This document shows positions 9,341-18,100 of a DNA stretch of 64,000 nt, piece by piece. Location of the stretch: IMG/VR virus record IMGVR_UViG_3300032307_000369, positions 62,001-126,000 of that record; one strand, 5' to 3'. The translations under genes and the position numbers were made by a program. The notes beneath the pieces are model-generated. The model saw only the letters and a program-made list of their open reading frames with translations, made no database searches and had not been told where the DNA came from. Every line of letters starts with the position of its first letter. Position 1 is the stretch's first letter.

Positions 9341-9346
9341 ACTTTC

Positions 9347-9676
9347 ATGAAACATAGTATCTGCGACATTGGCGGTGTCGTAGTTAAGGATAACGAAACT
9401 TATGTCCTTAAAGACAACACCTTTCTTAAAAACTTAATTTTAAGTTCAACAGACTTAAAACCTAAACAAAGCACTCGCGGTCACAAACATCCTGGACAAG
9501 AAGAAGTTTATTATTTTGTCAACGGGAGCGGTATAATGGAATTAGACAACGAAAAGATACCAGTTTGTCCAGGGGACGTTATACTAATCAAAGATGGAGT
9601 ATTCCATAGAGTACATAACACAGAAGAAGAAAATCTTTATTTCGTTTGTGTATTTGACGGGAAGAGAAATCATTAA
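9347..9676 (+). CDS. cupin-domain protein
   Basis: HKH..QEEVY...G.G ... PGDVILI..GVFHRVHN. Confidence 0.85.
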   Translation: MKHSICDIGGVVVKDNETYVLKDNTFLKNLILSSTDLKPKQSTRGHKHPGQEEVYYFVNGSGIMELDNEKIPVCPGDVILIKDGVFHRVHNTEEENLYFVCVFDGKRNH

Positions 9677-9867
9677 TGAATTCTTTTGAAAAAATATGGG
9701 CCCGGGCAACTGGGCACTTAATGGGACAGACCGACGAAGATCGTCCAGATGTTCCTATACTCACACTACGAGAAGCAAGAACAGCGTTGTTTCTCAAAAC
9801 ATTTTGGGTAATCATTCATGTTGTAACCTGTTGCTTCATTATTGCTAATACTATCAGGCATTGGTGA
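9676..9867 (+). CDS. small membrane protein
   Basis: TAATG coupling; C-terminal TM. Confidence 0.6.
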   Translation: MNSFEKIWARATGHLMGQTDEDRPDVPILTLREARTALFLKTFWVIIHVVTCCFIIANTIRHW

Positions 9868-9876
9868 TTAATCCAG

Positions 9877-9905
9877 TTGACATTCAAGGGCATAGATGTT
9901 ATTAT
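9877..9905 (+). promoter_or_regulatory. sigma70-type promoter
   Basis: TTGACA-N17-TATTAT. Confidence 0.65.
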
Positions 9906-9933
9906 AACACTATGTCCTTTTTTATTGGTTATT

Positions 9934-10950
9934 ATGATTAAACGTATAGGTTTCGCATGTAAGTGGATTGATCGCCCTGATCAAGTAGATGGTATCAAGC
10001 CAACCGACGATTGTAAGCAATATAACACTGGCGCTACCACCATTACTTGGTTAAATAAACAAACAAAAGAAGTTGCTGAACAAAAACTATGGGACCTAAT
10101 GGTCCAAAACTTAGAAGCAACACGATTACTTGTTGAAAGGGTAGGCAAACAACATGAAAGACTCCGCATGGTTCGCCTTAGTAGCGACATTCTTCCTGCT
10201 TATACCCAATCTGATTGGAGTTATTTTTGGAGTAAACCTGACGTTGTTGAGTATCTTGAACGCAATTTCATCCTTATTGGTGATAGTGCTCGTGCAAGCA
10301 ATACCCGTGTTTCTATGCATCCTGGTCAGTTTACTGTTCTTGCTAGTGATAATCCGGACATTGTTCGGAGAAGTATAGAGGAGTTTGAATATCATGCAGA
10401 TATGGTCAGGTACATGGGCTACGGTAAACAATTTCAAGACTTTAAAATTAATGTCCACATCTCGGGTAGAGCCGGTCCCGAAGGTATTCGAGCTGCCTAC
10501 AAAAAACTTTCCCCTGAAGCAAGAAATTGCATCACAATTGAAAACGAGGAAATGAGCCATGGGTTATCTACTTGCTTGTCTCTTGGTGATCTTCTTCCTA
10601 TCGTACTTGATATACATCATCACTGGATTAAAGAAGGTGAATACATCATGCCAAATGACCCAAAAGTACAGCAAGTACTTGACAGTTGGCGTGGTCTTCG
10701 CCCTACTATGCACTATAGTATTAGCAGGGAAGATGTGCTTGTTGATCACTGCACTCTAACTAAACCCAATCACGAAGCTCTTTTAGAGTCCGGATACAAA
10801 AAACAAAAACTTAGGGCACACAGTAACTTCTATTGGAATAAGGAAGTTAATGATTGGGCATTGAGTTTTAATGATCAATTTGATATCATGTGCGAGAGCA
10901 AGGCTAAAAATTTAGCCAGCAAAGCTCTTTTTGATTATTCCAATACATGA
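9934..10950 (+). CDS. uvsE: UV damage endonuclease
   Basis: RIGFAC, RLSSD, SMHPGQF.VL.S, INVH, IENEE, LDIHHH, HYS, RAHS, MCESKAK. Confidence 0.92.
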   Translation: MIKRIGFACKWIDRPDQVDGIKPTDDCKQYNTGATTITWLNKQTKEVAEQKLWDLMVQNLEATRLLVERVGKQHERLRMVRLSSDILPAYTQSDWSYFWSKPDVVEYLERNFILIGDSARASNTRVSMHPGQFTVLASDNPDIVRRSIEEFEYHADMVRYMGYGKQFQDFKINVHISGRAGPEGIRAAYKKLSPEARNCITIENEEMSHGLSTCLSLGDLLPIVLDIHHHWIKEGEYIMPNDPKVQQVLDSWRGLRPTMHYSISREDVLVDHCTLTKPNHEALLESGYKKQKLRAHSNFYWNKEVNDWALSFNDQFDIMCESKAKNLASKALFDYSNT

Positions 10951-10972
10951 TCACGTGATTAAGCAATCACAC

Positions 10973-10998
10973 AAAAACCCGCACTAGGCGGGTTTTTT
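10973..10998. terminator. bidirectional intrinsic terminator
   Basis: aaaaacccgc-actag-gcgggtttttt between convergent genes. Confidence 0.9.
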
Positions 10999-11024
10999 GT
11001 TGCCAAGAAGATTATAACTGATAG

Positions 11025-11303
11025 TTACGAAGTCTTCTTAGGCGCCCTAGGTTTAGTACCAACTTTCTTTACAGCTGGTGCTTTTGCTGGGGCTTTTGGT
11101 TTTGGAGCTGCCTTAGGTTTTGCAGGTGCCTTAGCTTTAGCGGGAGCCTTTTTAGTTGCTGGCGCTTTTTTAGCTGGGACAATTGATTCAACCACAGCCT
11201 GAGTTGCTTGTTCTGCAACAGGTGCGGGTGTTTCAACTTTATAAGGAACTTCTGCTGTTACTGGCTTCTCTGAACCAAATAATGATTTTAGAAATTTAAT
11301 CAT
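11025..11303 (-). CDS. Ala/Lys/Pro-rich histone-H1-like protein
   Basis: AAGGAG SD; PAKKAPA repeats. Confidence 0.7.
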   Translation of the reverse strand: MIKFLKSLFGSEKPVTAEVPYKVETPAPVAEQATQAVVESIVPAKKAPATKKAPAKAKAPAKPKAAPKPKAPAKAPAVKKVGTKPRAPKKTS

Positions 11304-11396
11304 AATTTAATCTCCTTGTATTTTAATTATGCCTACAGATTGTTCGATAAATAAAATTGTGAAAGCATTGAAACAAAATATGCAGTTATAATACAG

Positions 11397-11425
11397 TTGA
11401 CTTAATGAGATATTGGTGCTACAAT
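11397..11425 (+). promoter_or_regulatory. sigma70-type promoter of the Fe-S operon
   Basis: TTGACT-N17-TACAAT with TGn extension. Confidence 0.7.
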
Positions 11426-11472
11426 AATGAATGTGGGCCACGAACTACAATAACAATAAGGTTCAATTAGTT

Positions 11473-12198
11473 ATGTTAAAAATTACAAATCTCTCCGTCA
11501 ATTACGACGTTATTCCAATTTTGGAAGATATCAATTTAGAAATCAACGAAGGCGAAATTCACGCTATTCTAGGACCAACAGGATCTGGAAAAAGTTCCTT
11601 GGCAAGTACAATAGCTGGTAAAACAGACCTCAGTGTTGTTAAAGGAAAAATAAACTTTAAAAGAAAATCTTTGAACAGTTTAAATCCAAATGAAAGAAGT
11701 AAGTTAGGAATTTTTACAACCTTTCAAGAACCTCCTGAAATTAATGGGATCACAAATTTAAATTTAACCAGACAAATTTTAAATGCTCGTAATGACAAAA
11801 GATCATCAACTGACATTATTAATGATTACAAAAGTTTAATAAAACAATTTGATCTAGGAAGCGAATGGTCCAATCGAGATTATAACGTAGGAGCAAGTGC
11901 AGGCGAAAAAAAGAAAAATGAAATTGTACAGTTACACATGCTCAATCCATCTCTTACAATTTTAGACGATATTGACAGTGGTTTAGACTTAGACACACTA
12001 ACCGAAGTATTTAAAAGTTTAAAAACTTTCCTATCACAAAAAGGAAAGGCAGCTATCATTATCACACATCAACCAACGATCCTTGAAGCAATCGAGCCCA
12101 CCCATGTGCATGTTATCATAGATGGAAGAATCGTAGAGTCAGGTGATAAGAAACTAATTAAAAGGATCATTTCAAATGGCTATCGAGAGTTTTCTTAA
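11473..12198 (+). CDS. sufC: SufC-like ABC ATPase (divergent)
   Basis: GEIHAILGPTGSGKSS, FQ.P.EI.G, S.GEKK.NEI.Q, ILDDIDSGLD, IITH. Confidence 0.85.
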   Translation: MLKITNLSVNYDVIPILEDINLEINEGEIHAILGPTGSGKSSLASTIAGKTDLSVVKGKINFKRKSLNSLNPNERSKLGIFTTFQEPPEINGITNLNLTRQILNARNDKRSSTDIINDYKSLIKQFDLGSEWSNRDYNVGASAGEKKKNEIVQLHMLNPSLTILDDIDSGLDLDTLTEVFKSLKTFLSQKGKAAIIITHQPTILEAIEPTHVHVIIDGRIVESGDKKLIKRIISNGYREFS

Positions 12199-13000
12199 AG
12201 TTGATTCACAAGACCCAGATTGGTCAAACAGTCCCACTCAGTACTTTGGTAAAAAATTTAAGGTCATTGATGCAAATTGCTTAATGATAAAAGAAAATAC
12301 TGATGACTTAATGGTTCTACGTATGAACCCAACTGAGTCAGATTTGCTGTGTAAAAATTTGCAAGTTCTTGGAAAAGATAGTAGTAGATTAGATTTGTTT
12401 ATTTTATGTGACGGATCTAAAAATACTCAACAGGTTTTTATTTACAATGTAACTGCTGAGCCAGATTCAATTATTAATATTGGAATTTTTGTTAAGGACG
12501 GAAAACTTAATAAGCATATTTTTGAATGTGAACTTTATGAGAATTCTGTTATTAACATTTTTGGTCTTGCAGAAAACGAAGTTGGTGGCAGTAGTGAAAT
12601 CATAAGCAAAGTTTACCATGCAGGTCCTTGTGCAGAGAGCAACACATTTGTAAACAGTATTGCTGGAAAAAATAGTCGAACTGTTTTTCAAGGCATTGTC
12701 AAAATTGAAGAAGACATGATAGACAGTGTTGCCAGTGTAACTAACACTAGTATTACATGTGATGAAACTGCCCAAGCATTTAGTACTCCGCAAATGATAA
12801 TTGATTGTGGACAAGTGAGAGCATATCATAACTGTGAAGTCAACACTGTTGACGAAAATAACATATGGTATTTAGAAAGCAGGGGAATTGATAGAAGTAG
12901 TGCTGAAACTCTATTAAAAACGTTGCATCAAGATAGTGTGTTGGACCTTGTTGAATATCAAGACATTAGAGATGAACTCAAAGATTTTTTCCAAAGTTAA
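12176..13000 (+). CDS. sufD: SufD/SufB-family beta-helix protein
   Basis: VFQG.VKI, S.PQM.I, AYH, WYLESRGI...A..L. Confidence 0.75.
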   Translation: MAIESFLKVDSQDPDWSNSPTQYFGKKFKVIDANCLMIKENTDDLMVLRMNPTESDLLCKNLQVLGKDSSRLDLFILCDGSKNTQQVFIYNVTAEPDSIINIGIFVKDGKLNKHIFECELYENSVINIFGLAENEVGGSSEIISKVYHAGPCAESNTFVNSIAGKNSRTVFQGIVKIEEDMIDSVASVTNTSITCDETAQAFSTPQMIIDCGQVRAYHNCEVNTVDENNIWYLESRGIDRSSAETLLKTLHQDSVLDLVEYQDIRDELKDFFQS

Positions 13001-14120
13001 AAGCGATTTTACTTTACCAGACAAAACATACTTAAACAGTGCATCACAAACTTTAATTCCTAATCAAGTAAAAAATTCCTACCTTGATATTTGTAATAAA
13101 ATTGATGCAAGGAAAGAGTATGAAAATGTTAGACAAAAAGTAAAACTACTAATTAATTCTAAAAAAGATAATGAAGTAGTTTTTACTCAAGGCAACAATC
13201 ATAGCATTAATATGATTGCCAAAAGTATTTGTCATAAATGGCATTCAAATGATTGTGTAATTGTTCCTGAAAGTGAGCATCATGCCAATTTACTCATTTG
13301 GCAATACATGTCAATTGAATACGGTTTTAGATTTGAAACTGTAAATGTTATCAAAGACGGCAGCATGGATCTTGGTCATCTTGAAGACTTGCTAGACAGT
13401 TGTGATGGTAAAATATTGTTCAGCATGAGTCACATATCCAACAGCATTGGATATGTACAGCCTGTTAAGAGTATTTTTGACAAGGTTAAAGAGTATGACG
13501 GAATAACTCTACTAGATGCAAGTTTGAGCATTGGTAGAGAATTGATAGATGTGCAAGAGTTTAATATTGATTTTCTAACATTTACTGGTCATAAATTTTA
13601 TGGTCCAACTGGTGTTGGTATATTATATGGCAAGCAAAAATATTTAGACAAGTTAGAGCCTACTATATTAGGCGACAGTAATAGCACATTATTACCATGG
13701 AAATTAGAAATTGGTAAACCTAATATTGCAAGTGTAGTTATGTTAGGTTCAGCAATTGATTGGTTTACATCATATGATTTAGAAAGTTTTCATACCTACG
13801 ATAAACTTATGAATGCAAATTTTCAAATGATGTTAAATGAATTAGACTTTGTAGAAATATTTCATCCTGGTTATTATAAGGGAGGATTAATTGGATTTAA
13901 TCTACATGGACACCATCCTGCGTATGTGGGTGAATTTTTGTCTAATGAAGGTATTGTATTAAAATATGGACATTTGAATGCAAGACCTATTGTAGAAGAA
14001 AAGTTCCCAAATGGTATACTTAGATTAAGTTGGGCCTGCTATAATACTAAAGAAGACGTTGAACAATTAAGGCAAGGACTTATAAAATTCTACGATAAAT
14101 ATAGTTCTAAAAGGACATAA
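12972..14120 (+). CDS. sufS: SufS-like class V PLP enzyme lacking the catalytic Cys
   Basis: EHHAN..WQ, HISN.IG, TGHKFYGPTGVG, R.S...YNT; GHLNA in place of GHHCA. Confidence 0.85.
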   Translation: MNSKIFSKVKSDFTLPDKTYLNSASQTLIPNQVKNSYLDICNKIDARKEYENVRQKVKLLINSKKDNEVVFTQGNNHSINMIAKSICHKWHSNDCVIVPESEHHANLLIWQYMSIEYGFRFETVNVIKDGSMDLGHLEDLLDSCDGKILFSMSHISNSIGYVQPVKSIFDKVKEYDGITLLDASLSIGRELIDVQEFNIDFLTFTGHKFYGPTGVGILYGKQKYLDKLEPTILGDSNSTLLPWKLEIGKPNIASVVMLGSAIDWFTSYDLESFHTYDKLMNANFQMMLNELDFVEIFHPGYYKGGLIGFNLHGHHPAYVGEFLSNEGIVLKYGHLNARPIVEEKFPNGILRLSWACYNTKEDVEQLRQGLIKFYDKYSSKRT

Positions 14121-14123
14121 AAT

Positions 14124-14513
14124 ATGGCTTATTCTTCACAAGTAATTGATCATTATGAAAACCCTAGAAACGTAGGTTCATTTGATAAAAATGATAATGA
14201 TGTTGGAACTGGTATGGTTGGAGCTCCTGCTTGTGGTGACGTTATGAAATTGCAAATTAAAGTTAATGAACAAGGTATTATTGAAGATGCAAAGTTTAAA
14301 ACTTATGGGTGTGGTAGTGCTATTGCTAGTTCTAGTCTTGTCACCGAGTGGCTCAAGGGCAAGAACTTGGATGAGGCACAAGCCATTAAGAACTCAGATA
14401 TCGCTACTGAACTTGCGTTACCGCCCGTTAAGATTCACTGTTCAATATTAGCAGAAGATGCTATCAAAGCCGCAGTAGCAGATTATAAAGCTAAACATGA
14501 TAACACTATCTGA
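14124..14513 (+). CDS. iscU: Fe-S scaffold protein
   Basis: [32 protein letters not shown]; all ligands intact. Confidence 0.97.
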   Translation: MAYSSQVIDHYENPRNVGSFDKNDNDVGTGMVGAPACGDVMKLQIKVNEQGIIEDAKFKTYGCGSAIASSSLVTEWLKGKNLDEAQAIKNSDIATELALPPVKIHCSILAEDAIKAAVADYKAKHDNTI

Positions 14514-14817
14514 ACAAGCTGCCAATAGGGTAAAAGCAACTCTAGAAAAGCGTGGTAAAGGACTAGGGATTAGATTAGGGGTCAAAACTACAGGTTGTAG
14601 TGGCATGGCCTATATGATAGAATTTGTAGATACTCCTACCACTGATGATATGAGCTTTGTTAGTTACGGAGTTCATGTGTTTGTAGATCCAAAAAGTTTA
14701 GCATACCTTGATGGTGTACAAGTGGAATGGGTTAAGAAAGGTCTTAATGAAGGCTTTGATTTTACCAATCCTAACGAACGTGATCGTTGTGGTTGCGGGG
14801 AAAGTTTTAGAGTTTAA
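14497..14817 (+). CDS. iscA: A-type Fe-S carrier
   Basis: [12 protein letters not shown]...CGCGESF. Confidence 0.95.
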   Translation: MITLSEQAANRVKATLEKRGKGLGIRLGVKTTGCSGMAYMIEFVDTPTTDDMSFVSYGVHVFVDPKSLAYLDGVQVEWVKKGLNEGFDFTNPNERDRCGCGESFRV

Positions 14818-15101
14818 ATCTTTCCAATTGGCAAAGTACTGCTAACTGGCATATCCCATATTTTTCTTTTAGTAATGCCCATTCGTTGGGCAAATTTTTT
14901 GACGTCACAATCACCACATACGTGGAAATATTTGTTGCTGAGTCTTTTGGGATCTATTTTAGCATGATCTCTTGTAAAATCCTTGTCGCAATTGTCACAG
15001 CGAAACACATTGATTGTTTTTGTTCTAGTATACTGGTGTTCTTTTCCCAGTTTACTGCTTCGAACATACTTGGAAATTTCTTTAAAAGATCTTATGAACA
15101 T
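14814..15101 (-). CDS. small Zn-ribbon protein
   Basis: CDNC...CGDC; TAAATA 5 nt before ATG. Confidence 0.7.
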   Translation of the reverse strand: MFIRSFKEISKYVRSSKLGKEHQYTRTKTINVFRCDNCDKDFTRDHAKIDPKRLSNKYFHVCGDCDVKKFAQRMGITKRKIWDMPVSSTLPIGKI

Positions 15102-15182
15102 GCCATTATTTACATTAAGTTTATAAAACTATAAGGTAAATAAAGTGGACAGTTGGTATATCACCCAAATTTGGAGTTAATA

Positions 15183-18100
15183 ATGGCAAGAAAAGACGTT
15201 AATATTGGTTTAACAGGTAACGATGGAACAGGTGACAGCATACGTGATGCGTTTTCCAAAGTTAATGCAAATTTCCAAGAACTTTACGCTAGTCAAGGTC
15301 TAGAGGCCGGACTAACATTTGATAACTTAGTTGACGTTATCAAACCACTTAGACCTAACACAGTTTTAGGCTTAGACAGCTTAGGAAAAACTATTGTTAG
15401 TAGAGATTTAGAAGCGGCTGTTGGTATTAGTATTGACACCGTCAGTGATCCGTCTAAGATAATCTTTAGTATTGCCAACGTTCAAATTAGACAAGACCCA
15501 ACACCAACACTGTCAAACGTACTAGATGGAAGTGGGTTCAAACTAAGTTTCATTGGTGATCCAGAAAATGACCAAGATGCTGTTACTAGAAAATGGGTAT
15601 ACCAAAATTTCTTAAACAGAGATAACATTGACAAGTTAGGTACATTTGACCTAGCCGCTGGCAGTGTCATGCGTCAAAATTTCAAGATCAGTCCAACTCC
15701 AGATAACGGCAATATTAATGCTGGTACAAAAATTATTAATGTTTTTGGTTCAGATGGCGTTACACCAAAAACTGATGTTCAGTTAAAGTTTCAAGCAACA
15801 CACCCTGCTCATGCAACTCGAAAAGATTATGTAGATACCAAGCTGTCATTACAAGGTACTGAGACATTAGATCCAGCAACTGGCTTTGTAAACAAAGGCA
15901 TGGGTGTGATGACAGGTCCATTGATTTTAAATGATCACCCTGGACAGTATGTTGAAATTGATAGGAAGCCAGATGGCACACTGTTCGTACAAGAAGATTA
16001 TAGAGCAGCCACAAGAGGGTATGTTGATTCCAAAACGTATTCTGCCGCAGGTAACATATTTGTCAGTACAAAAGGTAATGACGACATGTGGGATTTTGAC
16101 AACAATCGTCCAAATCCCATTTATGGATATCCTGAGGAAGAAATTGGACGTAGTTGGAGTAAAGCATTTAAATCAGTAAATGCCGCGTGTCGTTATGCAA
16201 CACGAATTATAGATGCTGTTGAATTACAAAATATTCCATATCAAGTTACTCCACAACAAATTTCACGTTGGGCTCCTCCATTTACAACGCCAATTACAAG
16301 TCCAAGAACTCGTGTGCGTGTTAGCTTACAAAATCACGGATTCAAAGATGGAGACTACGTTTTAGTTAGCGGAGCTATCTTAGGATCTTTAGACACAAGA
16401 AATTTAAACGGTATTCACAGAGTTAATGCGTTAGATGTTAACAATTTTGAATTAAATTTAAAATCACTGGTAACATGGCCAAATCCAGAAGTTGCACCTG
16501 GCGGCACTATTAGTATTTCGTTGGCTAATAAAAAGGACGGTCCTTACAGTGAAATTTCTAAGGTTGACTTTGGCTTTAGAGGATTCTTTGTACCAAAACC
16601 TGAAATTACTATTATGGTTGAATCAGGAGTTTACTTTGAAGAAGCTCCTATGTTTGTTCCACCAAACTGTGCTATTAAGGGCGATGAATTTAGACGTACT
16701 TTAATTAAACCAAAGCCAGGACCAGTTAATCCTGATAATCAGCTTACTAAATTTGTTCGTGGTGATAGAAGTCAAAGTGCTACCTTTTGGTATAACTCAC
16801 ACTACTACAATCAATTGTCAAGATCAGTTGGAACCACTAACGTGGTTGGTAGTACAAAATTAGAAATTAAAAATAGTCCTTATAGACCAAAGAGTGGTAT
16901 GCGATTTATTGTGGGTACTCTTGGTGGTATACCAAACGTATATCGAGTTGGACGTGAAGTTAACATTGTTTACAAAGAACCAAATCCAGATTTAAATATT
17001 GCTCCTGGAACATATATCATGGACATCGTTGATGACAACGGTGATCCAAAACCATTGGCAACTGGTATTCCAGATTCAACAACTATAGAATTCTTGTTAG
17101 ACCACGAACACTGTGATGCCATGCTTGTTGCTGATGCATTCCAGTTGCGTAATATAACAGTTATAGGATTTAAGGGCTTTGCTATGGCCTTTGATCCTAA
17201 GAGACAAATTAAAACACGTTCTCCTTATGCTCAAGTTGGCGCTGTATTTGCTGGAGAAGGTGGTGGTGGTCAGTTGGTTGACGGTATGTCTGGTAACCAA
17301 GTATGTTATGTATTAGACACTAGTTATACTGATCCGTTTACTGGAACACAAGGTTCTAGTGGACTTAAAATGACTGTTACTGGATTAGTACGTACTCCTG
17401 AAACTCCAAATACATTTTTCTTGGCTAAGAAAAAATATGTCATTATCGATTCCACAACTCCAGATTCCAACGGTACTGCTACATTAACTTTAAGTACTAC
17501 AACTCCAATTGAAGTTGATGATACTTATTTGCCTGCAGGTTTTATTCCAAACGGTTCTCAAATTTTAATTGAAACTGCTGGTAACCGATCAATGTTGTCT
17601 AACGACTTTACCATGATTAACGATTTAGGTTATGGTCTTGTGTGTGAAAATAACGGTGTTGCAGAAGCAGTTAGTCAATTTACATACTATTGCCGTGCCA
17701 GCTATTTGTCTAGATCAGGTGGACAAATTCGTTCGGTAACAGGATCAAGTTGCTATGGTATTATTGGTTTACAATCTGAAGGTAGCGATCCTAACGAAGC
17801 TATTCAGATTGGTAGAATTAAAACTGACATTGGTAACATCATGCAGGTTTACATTGATGATCCTAGTGCAGATGGCAACCAAGGTGCCGTAAGTTTGGTA
17901 ATGGGAGGTTTGGCAAGTAAGCCTATAAGAAACTCTACATTCAAATTAACCAAACACGAAATCATTATTAAAAATATTGCTCGAGCAAGATTGAGTGGTG
18001 GTACACTAACAACTGGGCCGCTAGTTGTAACAACATATTATCCTCATCCTTTCTCAACTGGAGAGAGTGTACAAATGACCAGTGTGAGAGGATTGCAATT

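Noticed and set aside
11391-11417. IscR-like operator upstream of the Fe-S operon
   Set aside because: Only the left half (ACAGTTGACT) resembles the site, and the -35 box explains it; there is no matching right half.
11473-14120. Calling the suf-like genes pseudogenes
   Set aside because: They have no frameshifts or internal stops, keep overlapping junctions and retain structural motifs, so they are treated as divergent CDSs.
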